In this document: positions 1-12,123 of the stretch, piece by piece | How positions within the stretch are numbered: the first letter of the stretch is position 1 | Layout: each line of letters starts with the position of its first letter | Assembly: GCA_001600815.1 (NCBI GenBank) | Contig: BCKZ01000001.1 | Coordinates: 229,185-284,847, forward strand | Origin: Alloascoidea hylecoeti | Taxonomy: Eukaryota | Direction: 5' to 3' | DNA length: 55,663 nt | Position numbers and translations under genes: made by a program | The notes under the pieces: model-generated | What the model saw: the letters and a program-made list of their open reading frames with translations, nothing else | Databases searched by the model: none | Told to the model about the DNA's origin: nothing

Positions 1-26
1 AAATACTGTATAAACATATAGGATTT

Positions 27-3000
27 TTAAAAAATATCACCATCTTCACCAAGATATTCCATCATTTTTTCTTTTCCTTCTTTTCTTAATTTCCAATAAT
101 TACCATTATAACGCCAATATTCATCCTTTGTAATTGGATGAATTTCTTTTGTAAAAAATTTAGTTTTATATTCATTACCATTTTCTTCTCTTTTTTTCTT
201 AGCAGCTCTTTGTTTTTCTTCAACTCTATGTTTTTCATTTGCAGCTAAATCATATTCACCTTCTTCCATCGCTCTTTGATCAGGTCTCAATCTTGTATCA
301 GTTGGTGGTATGACTTTTAATATATTTTCATTATTATCATTTAATGATAATGCAAATGATGTTAAATTAAATGGTAATTTTGGTCTTGAATTAACTTGCC
401 AAATTAATTCTTTTGAGTTAATTTCTAAATCACCAATATGATTGTCATTATTAACTTTTTTAACATAAATTTTATCATTCCATCTACCACCAACAGTATA
501 TTGATTAATTTCATTTGAATCTTGTACATTACCTTTTAATTCAAATGCATTTGAACCTCTCCAACCTCTTGCTTTATATTTCATTAAACATTTATCACCA
601 TTTGAATGATTAATTATTTCCATATCACCGTAATTATCAATTGTTGGACTACCAGTTATAATACCAACAACAGCAGTTTGAACTTTTTTCCATGAATAAA
701 GCTCTTCATCACCATTTTTAATTCTTAATTTTAAAAACCATGTACCTAATGGTCTGATATCAAAAGATCTACCTAAAAATTGTGATTTAACAGCGCTCTC
801 TCCATAATAATCCCAATAAGGAGATTCAGCATATGCAGCACCAATTGGAGGATGATGAGAAACTTGTTCAATCATAAATCTATAATTTTTATCAGGTCTA
901 CAATATTCAAAAGTTTCACCTAATAAAGGATTAAAAGGCTTTGCAATTCTATTAATTGTTGATGCATATTCACTTGCAGCAAATGCAGAAACATAAGCCA
1001 TTCTTAAACCTGAATCATTAATTTCAACTGCTTTATCTAATAGTTCAGTATATTCCATATCTTCTGTAACACGTTGTAATAAAGAAGTTGGTTCATTAAA
1101 TGAAACTGGTAATGTCATTTTTGTTAAATCTTTACCAACCATTGATTTTAAAATACCCCAAAGTCCAATTTTTGGACGATTATCTTCTTTTAATGATAAT
1201 TCTGTTCTAATTCCATTTTCATAGCCATTATATGATTCATCTTTTAAAATTTCATCATATTTTAGTTGTTGAAGTTTTGTAAGTTGTAATGGTTCTTCTT
1301 CAATTATTGTGGTTGATGTTTCAATTTCCTTTTCTTTTGAATCATCATCAATTTCAGATTCTGTATTGATAGTTGTTGGTGTATCTGTTGGATGAATGAT
1401 TATTTCAGGTGGTGAAGTTTTTTCATCATTATCTTCATCTTCATCATTCTCAGCATCAAAGAATTCTTCATCTGAAGAAGATTCATCACCAATTAATTCA
1501 AAAAGTTGTTTTGATTCTTCAGTAGATGGTGTTATAGTAGGTAAAGTAGTAACCGGAGGTCTTGTTGGATAACTTGTTTCTTCTTTATCATTCTCATTTT
1601 CATGATCACTTATTAATGATAATTTATCATCATTTGAAGTAGATTGTAAATCACTTTCATTAGTTATCCCACTACTTGTCGATAAACCTCTTGATCTATT
1701 AACCATACCTTTAATAATTTTACCAATTTTTTTTTTATCATTTTCTAATTCGTCAACTTTTTTTTCATAATTTAAATGATCAAATTCCATTTGTTTTATT
1801 GATCTTTCCCATAATTTCCATAAATCTGTTTCATGTTCAATAATTTTTAAAAAATATAATTCTCTATCTTCAACTTGTTTTTTATAAAAATTAATTAATT
1901 GATTTAATGATTTAAATCCATTAATTGATTCAATTAAACAATTTTTAATATCTTCTGGATTTAATTTATTAAGATCAACATTTTCATTAGAATTTTCTTT
2001 AGTATTTTCATTTTCTTTGGAATTTTCATTTTCATTTTCTTTAATACCTAATGAATTTGAAGTTAAATTGAAAAGTTCTTGTAATGCTGTTAATTGTGAT
2101 GTTAATGATAAAGAAGTTGTTTGAAACGTATCTTTGTGTGGTAATTTTGCAGGATTATATTCATAATCAGGTTCCATTGTGGAATCATCATCGTCATCAT
2201 CATCATCATCATCAAAATTTAATTCATTTGAAAGATATTCATTTGATTTAATAGATGTTGTTGCAGAAAGATCTAACAAACTAGAATCTCTATTACGAGG
2301 ATATTCAGATTTTGTACTTTTTGTACTTTTAATTGTTGATGATCTTTTAACACCAGTAACAAGTTCAGTTTTATCAATATTTGATGAAGAAATTGAATCA
2401 CTAACTGAAACATTTGATAAATTACGTGCATGGCCTGATACTAAAGCATGATTTTTTGGTAATTGTAAACCATTTGATCCATTATTTGAATTTGTTAAAA
2501 TTTGTTGTTGTTTTTGTTGTTCTAATTTATTTAAATCTTTTGCATAAGTTATGGCACTTTGTAAAGCCCAAACCCATTTATTTGTTTCAATTGGATGATT
2601 TGCTTTTAAATGATATTTAATTGATCCTTTACCAATAATTTCAAATTTTAATTTTTCACTTGAATCTAAATGTAATTTTGCAATTTTCATATTAATTGAT
2701 CCCCTACAAGTTGATTCAATATCATCTTGATCTTTATAATATGATAATATACATTTTTCTAACACAAACCAACGTAATTTATAACCATTTTTAAAATTTG
2801 TCCATTTTTTTAAATATCCTTTCATTATTGGTGCACCATCAATTGTAATTGAATTTTTTAAATCATTTGTTAAAACTGATTGTTTTTCACATGCTAATCT
2901 AATTAATTTTTTAATTTCTTCATTATTTTTTGATAAATCATTTGGTAATTTTCCTTTTTTATCTCTTTTAAATGGATCACCATTATGATCAAGAATAAAT

Positions 3001-3617
3001 TTAACCATTGTTATATTATTAGATTTAATTGAATCATGTAATACAGTATTTCCAGTATCAGGATCAGAACCATTTATATCAATTAATTGTTGTGCCCTTG
3101 GATTATTTAAGATCTTCTCTAAACCTTCATAATTATTTTCATTAAAATAAGTCTTGAGCAAAGTTGAAATATGTTCAACATATTTTGCTCTTCCAACTTG
3201 TATTATTGTTGAAATTTCTGGAGATCTTGATATATCTAAAGGCGTTTTACCTTCATTATTTGTTAGAGTATCATTTATATCATCGAGGGACAGCAAGTAA
3301 GCAACAACGTCCGATCTACCAGCCTGAGCAGCTAAATGCAAAGGAGTATTTCCTTTTAAATCCTGTTGGTTTGCATCAAAATTCAAATCATTTATTAATA
3401 AAGATACAGTTTCTAAAGGAGATAGTTGGACAGCATAATGAAGAGCAAGTGGTTTGGAGGATTGTCCAGAGTCAGAAACTATCTCGGAGATCTTTGCAGT
3501 ATTTCCAGACCTCAAAGCATCGAGAAGTCTTAAGTGAGCTATGGAGGACTGGAGAGAATTCGCCGAGACGACGGGTTTATTTGGGTCCGATTCAGTGACA
3601 GGTTCGTTTTCAGACAT
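27..3617 (-). CDS. OSH2: Oxysterol-binding protein, Osh1(Swh1)/Osh2 type (ankyrin-PH-FFAT-ORD)
   Basis: 1196-aa ORF with ankyrin repeats (GNTPLHLAA, GNTVLH), PH domain (GYLKKWTNFKNGYKLRWFVL), FFAT motif EEFFDAE and OSBP signature EQVSHHPP. OSH1 and OSH2 cannot be distinguished by eye. Confidence 0.93.
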   Translation of the reverse strand: MSENEPVTESDPNKPVVSANSLQSSIAHLRLLDALRSGNTAKISEIVSDSGQSSKPLALHYAVQLSPLETVSLLINDLNFDANQQDLKGNTPLHLAAQAGRSDVVAYLLSLDDINDTLTNNEGKTPLDISRSPEISTIIQVGRAKYVEHISTLLKTYFNENNYEGLEKILNNPRAQQLIDINGSDPDTGNTVLHDSIKSNNITMVKFILDHNGDPFKRDKKGKLPNDLSKNNEEIKKLIRLACEKQSVLTNDLKNSITIDGAPIMKGYLKKWTNFKNGYKLRWFVLEKCILSYYKDQDDIESTCRGSINMKIAKLHLDSSEKLKFEIIGKGSIKYHLKANHPIETNKWVWALQSAITYAKDLNKLEQQKQQQILTNSNNGSNGLQLPKNHALVSGHARNLSNVSVSDSISSSNIDKTELVTGVKRSSTIKSTKSTKSEYPRNRDSSLLDLSATTSIKSNEYLSNELNFDDDDDDDDDDSTMEPDYEYNPAKLPHKDTFQTTSLSLTSQLTALQELFNLTSNSLGIKENENENSKENENTKENSNENVDLNKLNPEDIKNCLIESINGFKSLNQLINFYKKQVEDRELYFLKIIEHETDLWKLWERSIKQMEFDHLNYEKKVDELENDKKKIGKIIKGMVNRSRGLSTSSGITNESDLQSTSNDDKLSLISDHENENDKEETSYPTRPPVTTLPTITPSTEESKQLFELIGDESSSDEEFFDAENDEDEDNDEKTSPPEIIIHPTDTPTTINTESEIDDDSKEKEIETSTTIIEEEPLQLTKLQQLKYDEILKDESYNGYENGIRTELSLKEDNRPKIGLWGILKSMVGKDLTKMTLPVSFNEPTSLLQRVTEDMEYTELLDKAVEINDSGLRMAYVSAFAASEYASTINRIAKPFNPLLGETFEYCRPDKNYRFMIEQVSHHPPIGAAYAESPYWDYYGESAVKSQFLGRSFDIRPLGTWFLKLRIKNGDEELYSWKKVQTAVVGIITGSPTIDNYGDMEIINHSNGDKCLMKYKARGWRGSNAFELKGNVQDSNEINQYTVGGRWNDKIYVKKVNNDNHIGDLEINSKELIWQVNSRPKLPFNLTSFALSLNDNNENILKVIPPTDTRLRPDQRAMEEGEYDLAANEKHRVEEKQRAAKKKREENGNEYKTKFFTKEIHPITKDEYWRYNGNYWKLRKEGKEKMMEYLGEDGDIF

Positions 3618-3949
3618 GGTGTACGAAAGAATAACAATTAATTAAAGATTTCATGGTGTAATCTAGAAGGTAAAATGGATCACGTGCCGCTATTTATCCA
3701 GCACCGTTTATTTGATTGAATATTGTTTGGAACAAGGAAGAGCTATATATATGGAGAGTGTTACTATCAACTATCAAGTGAAAATGCAGATTGAAATCGC
3801 TTCGGGAGGTTGAAACATTTCGCGCTTTTTCATAATAAACCGTTGCGTAAGAATATTATTTCAAGTGCACGTTCATTATTTACTTCTAAGAGGCTTATAT
3901 CCGGGAGTCTTGATCATTCATTTTAATGTTGTTAGTCTTATCTATTTTG

Positions 3950-4065
3950 ATAGGTCATTGCACATTTAATTTAGTCCATGTAGACTAAATATTCGCCCAT
4001 CTGATATGGTGCTCGGTCGTGCTGACTACAAATTTTCAACTACCATTTAGTTATTGACCCAACGT
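3950..4065 (-). repeat. Degenerate ~22-bp tandem array (same family as 4553-4760, opposite orientation)
   Basis: Units such as TAAATATTCGCCCAT (3986-4000), TTAATTTAGTCCAT and CAAATTTTCAACTAC at ~21-22 bp spacing; reverse complement of the GGCCGAATATTTA core. Confidence 0.4.
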
Positions 4066-4552
4066 ATGAAATTACTGTTATTATACCATCTTTTCTCCGT
4101 AAATTATGTTTGTTTTATAGTGTGTTGGGCTTGAACCTGTAAATGATATACATACGTTCGTAGCTTGATCTGTAAGTCTCTATAGCTATCATTTAAGCGC
4201 TCCACTTGAAGAAAAATGCTATTGTGTTCGCGATCTATTATGAATAAAACACAAAGTAATATAAATATGTAAATAAATGCTCATTCATCACCATCTACTT
4301 ACTAATTTGTAGAAACCTCATCTTTAATCCAATCGAAATAACTGTTGCGTAACTACAATAATTATAAGTTATAAGTGTATCTTCAAGAAGTAATCATGAT
4401 CTATTTTTTATACTACAAACAAGTAGTTTACTGAGTTTAATAATTTTATTTGTTTGATAAGAGATATTTTATAGATCGATTAACCTATATAGTTTTTAGA
4501 ATTTCAATCATACATTATTATTAATGTGAAGTTAGAAACTTATCGATATATG

Positions 4553-4760
4553 GGTGACCGAACATTGGTGTATCAACTGGCCGAATGTTAAAGCTCAGGG
4601 TTTGGTCGAATAATTATTTCTTCAACTGGTGGATATTTATTCATCATGATGGTCGAACATTAGTGTATCATGTGGCTGACCGAAGATCAGTTTACCACAC
4701 TGTTGAACATTTGTGCTTATAGTGGCTGAATATTTAGTCCTCCAAGTGGCCAAAGTGAAA
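4553..4760 (+). repeat. Degenerate ~24-bp tandem array, ~9 units, core TGGCCGAAYATTTA
   Basis: Units: GGTGACCGAACATTGG.., CTGGCCGAATGTTA.., TTGGTCGAATAATT.., ATGGTCGAACATTAG.., CTGACCGAAGATCA.., GTGGCTGAATATTTAG.., GTGGCCAAAG. Confidence 0.7.
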
Positions 4761-5314
4761 GGACAATAAATTTTTTTAATTTAATTGAGCCACATTCGAT
4801 CCTTAGTTCCTACTTCATAGATATCCCCGCAATTCAATTATTTTCGTATAAATTGAATCTTTCATCAATAATGTTATAATTAGTTGTTCATATGAACAAA
4901 GGTGTTTTTGCTAGCACCTGTTTCGAGAATAAATAGCAACAGTAATTTTGGTGATATACCCAGTTTATAGTGGTTAAACTTGAGCCTAGTTGGAAGGCTA
5001 ACTATTGAAATTGTCCCAATAGTAGTGTATGGTTAATTAAAATTTAACTCGATAATTATAAGCTTACAAGAATTGGTGGCACAATCATATTAATCTTATA
5101 ATTTTATTATCATAGTTAATATTGTAACTTATAAGAATGTCCTTAATATAATGATTATAGTGCTCGGATTATACTATTAATAATAATACAAACTTATCAA
5201 TATATTTCTCATGTGATAGATTAGATAAATAAAAAAAAAAAATTAAAATACAATCAATATCATGTTAAGCCCATTAATTCCTTCATGAGATAAATTTAAA
5301 ATCCTCCCTTAATA

Positions 5315-6061
5315 TCACCATTTTAAAGGTAACCAATTAGTATGATCAACTTTTTCATAAATTTCCGTCTCATCATATAATTCAATTAATTGTTGATCTA
5401 AAGGTCTCGCTTTTGGTGAAGCAAATCTTCTATATTCATCAAAAATCATTGTTAAAGACCAATTTTGTAATCTTCTTAAACATCCAACAAGACAACCAGT
5501 TCTATGTTTCCCTCTATTACAATGAATTAAAAGTGGATGATTTTCAGGATTAATTGTAATTTTTAATGCTTCTGTAATAACATTATGTGGTACATTAACA
5601 AATGGTTCTTTATTACCACTCATACCAACTTGAAAAACTTTTATATTATTATCTTTTATAAATTTTAAATTTTCTTCTGGATATTTTTCAGGTATTAATA
5701 TTAATATACTTTTTAATTTTAATTTTTTTAAAAATTGAAAATTTTCAACTCTTGGAAATGATGATCTATAAATTTCCCCTAATACCATTGAGAAATTTTC
5801 TGGTGGTGCTAATTCAATTCTTTTATTTATTTCATTTTTTTCATCATTTATATTAAGTTCATTAATTGTAGTGTTTATATCATCATCATCATCATCATTA
5901 TTATTTGTTTTTCTAGTTTCACCAATATCGGGATTATATAAATCATCCTCATCTTCAGTATAAGTAATTTTTTGCATTCCATTTGTAAGTTCAATTTTAT
6001 TATTTTGTGAACCTTCAGTATAAACTCTTTCACTGTTATTGATTGGTAAATCAACTGTCAT
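5315..6061 (-). CDS. SIW14: Siw14/OCA-family atypical dual-specificity (inositol pyrophosphate) phosphatase
   Basis: PPENFSMV..IYRSSFP, SGNKEPF, catalytic HCNRGKHRTG (CX5R), DEYRRFASPKARPLDQQLIELY, C-terminal WLPLKW. Confidence 0.93.
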   Translation of the reverse strand: MTVDLPINNSERVYTEGSQNNKIELTNGMQKITYTEDEDDLYNPDIGETRKTNNNDDDDDDINTTINELNINDEKNEINKRIELAPPENFSMVLGEIYRSSFPRVENFQFLKKLKLKSILILIPEKYPEENLKFIKDNNIKVFQVGMSGNKEPFVNVPHNVITEALKITINPENHPLLIHCNRGKHRTGCLVGCLRRLQNWSLTMIFDEYRRFASPKARPLDQQLIELYDETEIYEKVDHTNWLPLKW

Positions 6062-7918
6062 TTTAATTAAAATTTCTTTATTCTTATATTAAAATTCAGT
6101 TTAATATTAGTAATATTATTGGATATTGTCAAATATACTCAAAACCTTTCAATCTTTTTGTGCGCCGAACAAAATATAGCAATAAAAGTTATAGAAAAAG
6201 AGTCAAAAAAATCCACCATCAACAAACAAAAAAAGGTTATAAACTTTAGTATAACAAAGAGCTTCCTAATAATAAGAGCGATAATAAAAACAAACAGTAT
6301 AAGATCTTATACTATTAAATTGAATTCTTTTATTACCTTAATTCAAATAGTATAAAAAAAGTTTTTTTTTGGGGGTGAGGGGGGATAAAACCAAAACAAT
6401 AATACTTCTGATAATATATGGTAAATCAGCCTTGATTTCCAATGATAGCCAGTGAAACTGGTAAAACTATAAGGCCTTGTGGAGTAGTAGGTAAAAGTGA
6501 AGTTGAAGTTGAAGTGGTGGAGCACGCGACCCATTATATGGATTAACCGAAAGTTTACCCGGACTTACATTCATTTAAAGTTGAAGCTGATTCTATTATG
6601 ATATCTCAATTAAAATTGCATATCCGATGAACTGCTTCTATTATAATTGATACGGATATGGCTATATAAAACATGTATTTTAAATTACCTAATTACAAAA
6701 TATACTAATTTTAAAGAATTATAAAGAATTTAATCGAACACACATATGGTAGAAATGGCGCCTTATAACAGTGTAGTCAGTTAATTTCGGCAAATAAAAC
6801 AAAAGTTTTTGGTAGGGACAGTTGAGATGAGATAATTCTTCTTTCATATCTAATACTAAAGAATCATGAAATATTATAACTGATGGAATCTTTTGGTGTA
6901 AAATATATTGTTCCTTTCGGGTGATTTAAAAATAATATGGTCTGCCCTATAAATTAGATCATCACAATGATATATGGAGTCCGAATTCACTTCGAAACAA
7001 ACGTTAACCAAATGATTGATTTTTCTATGCATAACTCATGAACTTCTTCTCTTTCTCGATCAAGTAACTTGATTAATATATATCACTGTTCGGCCGCAGT
7101 TTGATTAATTAACAATTAGTGAGACTTTCTAGTTACACTTATCCTATTACTACACATTCCCATGTTCATGCGTTTAACCGTTTATGCCAAAAAGTCGCAC
7201 GATCTCACCTAACATAAACACTCTTCCCTGACAATTTTGTGTATTTTGTGATTTCGATTGCGATTGCGATTGCCATAATACTGTAATTATAAAAACTTAT
7301 CTCAAATCAACTGTTGCTAATTAACTACAGTGTATTATGAATCAGCAACAGTGAATGGGCATTGAGCAATAATTATATGTTATACTATTAGAAAACACGC
7401 ATCTATCTAATTTTCATCATAACTGTTATAGTGGCGTATTAATCGCGATACTAGTCTTACTGTGTATTAGTAGATAATAGTCCGATTGAAGCTTGATCTT
7501 CTCCTGACAAGTGGAACACAAGTCCTTTTATGGTCCCCAGATCATACATCTTCTCTAAGAGATGGAATCTTCTAGTGAGATCCACAGGACATGTGATCAG
7601 CTTTGCCATATATGGCCGAGTATGTAACACTAACCTGCAGATGAATATATTAATATCACTTCTTTATATATATGGTATAGGCACCGGCAATAGATATACT
7701 ACGTAAAACGGGCTGTAATTAATAAAACTTATGATTCATAATTTCAATTTGTAGGCCATATTTAATTTAGTTATATATAACAGTTGGTAATGACAGTTGG
7801 AGCAGCTCCAGCAACGACATCATCATACTTAACTACTAGCCACCGAGGAACTTCATTATATCGTTAATGTTAACGTTGTTATCCATGACTAGCGCTGGTT
7901 GTACCACCGGTTGTGTCC

Positions 7919-9946
7919 TCACACGCTTGTCTCATTTATGTCATAAACATATTGCCGTTGTGATTTTGATTGAGACCTTCTCACCCGATATGATTCTGGA
8001 AAATGGACTCTAGGCTCTTCATGTTCTTTTCTCTTTTGTCCCTTTCCTATTTTTGAATCTTCTCCTTTAACAATAGCATGTGGATCAATTGAATCAACTT
8101 TTTTAACCTCAATCCATTCAGGCTCCAAATTTTTCATAGTTTTAGTTAGACTTAGAAGAATATTTCTTCTTTTAGGTATACTGCCTGATCTAATTTTTTC
8201 CATTGTCAGAGCACCAGATTCATATTCGGGCATTGAACTTGCTTTTTTCACTGATCTAATTCCCCATCCTCTGAAAATAATACTATTACTACTAATACTC
8301 CTACTCCTATTCTTGTCTCCATTTGATTTTGATAGTGTTAGATTCTTCAAATCATGAGGTGTGAGACCTGCATCATGTGCACTAATAGATTCAACCTCAT
8401 AAAATTCTTTTTTTTTCAATTCTCCATTACCTTTTGCTCTAAGGACTAATTTCCTATCCAATGATTCATTTTCTACAACATCAACCGTTCTAATTTCACC
8501 GACCGCTGTTCTTAAATCATTAACAGTTTTAACTGGGTTATCAATTGAATCAGAAGTACTTTTATTGGAATCAGCTCCAATACTAACAATTGGTGTCATT
8601 CGTGATTTCCAATTACTTTCTGTATTTGGTTTTTTAAAACATTCTGTCATAGGCGACGAAGGTTGAGATTGGAAATTGCCATTTGGATCATGTGGATCAA
8701 TACCTGAATGAGCTCTATTGCGTGTTTGTGATTGTGGTTGTGCTTTATTTTCCCTAGGCTTATGCATCTTTTTCTGAAAACATTCGGTATTAATGTCTGG
8801 TAAAGGAGTTCCCGGATTGTTCATTAAATGAGCTCTAACATCTGTTGGTGATTCTGATTCTGCATCCCTAGGATTATGCATTTTTTTCGGAAAAAATTCG
8901 GGATTAATCTCTGGTAAAGGAATTCCTAGATTGTTCCATGATATTGATTTTAATCTTGGATTAGTTTTTAGATTTTCGTCATTATTTATATAGTTGGATA
9001 CCTTAGAAATTTTGATATTTCTTTTATCATCATCGCCCTCATCAACTCTATTAATTTCATTGAATTTTTCATCTTTTATTTGTCTTGAACTTTTAACATC
9101 ATCGCCCTCCTCAATTTGATTAATTCCATCGAAATAATCACCTTGGATTTGCCTTTTAACATCACCGTCCTCATCAATTCTATTAATTCTATTGAATTTT
9201 TCATCTTTGATTTGTCCTGAACTTTTACAATTATCTTCAGATATATTATCTGTTGTAGGATTCACATTCTCATATTGACTTTCAGTAATAGGTTGCAAAT
9301 AATCAACATTTAAGTTTGGATCTGAATGTTTCCTAGAGTTTTGTTCAATGATATATTCATTATCACCATTATTATAGATGTATTGAATGGGTTGATAATT
9401 ATTAAGATCATAATCAAATGTTTTTTCTGGATTATTATCACCATAATAATAATCATCTATTATTCCATAATAATCATGTACTATTCCAGTTTCCAGTTCA
9501 TGATGAGTATAATTTGGTGAATCTTCATTAAGATTATTTATAATAATACCATCTCTATGATTATTAAAATCTTGCGGTGTATTGAGTTTAGAATAATTCG
9601 GTGATTTCGGAGGACTACATAAAGATTCAGTACTTGTACTAGAACTTGATGGAGGCGTTTGTTGAGAAATTTCTTCCGCTCTATCTTGATTAGTTATATG
9701 ATTAGCAATTACATTAATCTCTTCATCAATTTCATGATTATCAACTGTTTTGTTTCTAAAGTGACTCAAGTATCCATTTGTAATATTACGATTAATAAAA
9801 TCCACATTGCTTCCATTATTTTTAGAATCAATTACAGCCGTAGCTAATTCATCAATTCCTTTCGATTTAGACCCATTTCCCCATAAATCTCGGAACAATT
9901 TTGATTTAAATTCAACTCTTTCTTCTAAATAATTCATATCTTTCAT
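7919..9946 (-). CDS. Hypothetical hydrophilic protein with internal repeats
   Basis: 675-aa open frame in AT-rich DNA. Three ~21-23-aa repeats (QIKDEKFNRINRIDEDGDVKR-like) and two ~40-aa repeats (NNxGxPLPxINxExFxKKMHxPR). No family recognised. Confidence 0.6.
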   Translation of the reverse strand: MKDMNYLEERVEFKSKLFRDLWGNGSKSKGIDELATAVIDSKNNGSNVDFINRNITNGYLSHFRNKTVDNHEIDEEINVIANHITNQDRAEEISQQTPPSSSSTSTESLCSPPKSPNYSKLNTPQDFNNHRDGIIINNLNEDSPNYTHHELETGIVHDYYGIIDDYYYGDNNPEKTFDYDLNNYQPIQYIYNNGDNEYIIEQNSRKHSDPNLNVDYLQPITESQYENVNPTTDNISEDNCKSSGQIKDEKFNRINRIDEDGDVKRQIQGDYFDGINQIEEGDDVKSSRQIKDEKFNEINRVDEGDDDKRNIKISKVSNYINNDENLKTNPRLKSISWNNLGIPLPEINPEFFPKKMHNPRDAESESPTDVRAHLMNNPGTPLPDINTECFQKKMHKPRENKAQPQSQTRNRAHSGIDPHDPNGNFQSQPSSPMTECFKKPNTESNWKSRMTPIVSIGADSNKSTSDSIDNPVKTVNDLRTAVGEIRTVDVVENESLDRKLVLRAKGNGELKKKEFYEVESISAHDAGLTPHDLKNLTLSKSNGDKNRSRSISSNSIIFRGWGIRSVKKASSMPEYESGALTMEKIRSGSIPKRRNILLSLTKTMKNLEPEWIEVKKVDSIDPHAIVKGEDSKIGKGQKRKEHEEPRVHFPESYRVRRSQSKSQRQYVYDINETSV

Positions 9947-10127
9947 ACCATATATATTATATAAAATAATAAGAAGAAAAAAACTATCTTATATTAAAGG
10001 TTATAATTATAGTCATTGCTATAGCTCTTAGATATTGTCATTTTAAATTTGAATTCTATCATATGCAACCTGCATGATATATGCAGCATCATTGAAAGTC
10101 CTTTAATTAGCAAGCAAGGGAAAATAT

Positions 10128-11075
10128 ATGCCTATAACGGAAAGTGCAGGATGCCAACATTTAAGTTGTTTATTTATTATAATGGCTAATACTTTATGTT
10201 TCCAAAATCAAAGGAAGTATGACTTACCAACAATTCCAATTGAAATTGGTTCTCCACCTCAACTTTTGTACCCTGTATTGACTTTGCAATCACCTTATAA
10301 CNCTTTTCTNGACAACTTTGCAAATGATGGAGGGACTTGTGATGAAACCACAACACCATCATGTATAGGATATAGTTATACTGCATCTGATACATCAAAA
10401 ACAGATGAGACTGGGATAGTTAAAGATAGGATTGTTACGAGGTTTGGAAATCATTTAACAAAAGGTAATCTTAATATTATGACTAAAGAATCCAACAAGG
10501 CTTCAAATTCCTATTTTTCGATATCACCACTTTTTATGGAAAATAAATTAGGTATCGTGGGAAAGTGCCAAATTTTTCGGAAACTCTGAAAATGACAAAA
10601 ATTAAAAACAATGGTACAAATTTGAATAGTGTTGGATTGTGTTTAGGAATACGAAATTTTACCGGGCCAATATCTTTTGGAGATGTTTATGAAAAATTAA
10701 TAAAGGGAAATTCTAGTTCAAATTTTCAATCCGTTGATTTTGATTGGGATAATCGGTATACAGCATTTGGAATTTATAATAAAAAACGACTATTCCTTTT
10801 GACTTCATTGAAAAGGTTTGAGCTGGGCAGAACTTGACCATGAAAATGAATCGTTCAATTCAAACGATTTTAAATTATTTACTGAAAATTGGTTAGTTTT
10901 AATTATTGTATGGTCTTCAATAACAATTTGTTTAGTGGGAATCTCGAGTATTATATACTCGGGAAGTCTAGAAAAATGGAAGATAAATATGATGCTCGAT
11001 AATGATATAAATGAAGAGGAACTGCCGATATATGAGTTAAAAAATACAGATCTCATACCTTTCAATGAAAATTAA
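10128..11075 (+). pseudogene. Broken paralog of the aspartic-protease-like gene at 12124-13479
   Basis: About 10187-10530 is nearly identical to 12158-12500. It is followed by frameshifts, an internal deletion joining the equivalent of ~12797 to ~13232, and a divergent TM/C-tail (SWAELDHENESFNSNDFKLFTE). Upstream (AGCAAGCAAG..TATGCCTATAA) and downstream (AAAGTAGTAATAAAAGGTC) flanks are also homologous. The signal-peptide start is damaged. Confidence 0.85.
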
Positions 11076-11749
11076 CCTGTATATTCATTACAATAGTAAT
11101 TTTATAATAAAGTAGTAATAAAAGGTCCCTAACTTAACACTAAATTATATTATTAATGATATATGAGAATCAAAGATTCCCGCAATTATACGCCAGATCC
11201 AATCAAGTAAAAAATTAAACTCGGTTTGTAGAAATGAAAATATCCTCAAAAACCACATTGGTAGCCCTTTTAGCAGGTAGTAAAAGAATGTGATATTCTG
11301 TAATTATCCTATAGGGTAAGAATTGCCAATAAATCCATTTTAGTCCCATGTACAAAACCTTTGGAAGAAATAAGGTTGCGAAGTAACATACAAACAACAC
11401 GGCATCTACCTTAATAATATATCACATGAGACTTCAATCTATAACATCAACCACGTTTTTGATAGAATAAACCAAAGCAAAAGTTTCGTTTGAGAATTAT
11501 TCCAAAGCACCGCCAATAATGAAGAGTGTTTTATCGATAAATTGCTTTCATGTTGCCACTCATGATTCTATCATTCTTGTCTAATCTATGGAACTTGACC
11601 TCTAAAAAGTGTTCACAATTCACCAACTATTTGTTTAGAATCATGAACTCTTCCACAATAGGCAAACATTGACGAAAACCTACTCTAAACATTACTCCGA
11701 CACTTCCATGTCCTGAAACTAGTACCACTCCCTACTGCTTGTCACTAGT

Positions 11750-11880
11750 TTGTTCTACAATATCTCATCCTCCTGAAAAACCAAAAGTTATGCTTTATTT
11801 TTATTTAAACTTATCAGTCACAGAAGATCTGGGAACGGTGCAGTCTTTTACAATTTTGTTAAGGGATACTTTAGGGTTTA
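11750..11880. repeat. ~130-bp dispersed repeat, copy 1 (copy 2 at 16728-16862)
   Basis: CAATATCTCATCCTCCTGAAAAACCAAAAG...GAAGATCTGGGAACGGTG...TTGTTAAGGGATA aligns by eye with CAATATCTCATCTTCCTGAAACACCAAAAG...GAAGATCTGGAAACGGTG...TTGTTACGGGATA. Confidence 0.75.
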
Positions 11881-12123
11881 GCTAAAAAGCGACTCAATGT
11901 TACTGGTTTCAATTGAGTTCTTTTGAGATTGTGGTGAGTGATGGTTTATTAAAAACCTTATGCATAATAGGCAGTACTTCCACTTAAGCAAGCAAGAGAA
12001 AATATAACTTATGCCTATAAGGGAAAATGCAGGAAGCCAATCTTAATATTAGTTGAGACAAAAAAAAAAACAATTAATATTCATAACTTTTTTTTATATT
12101 AATATTATTAATACAATAAAAGA

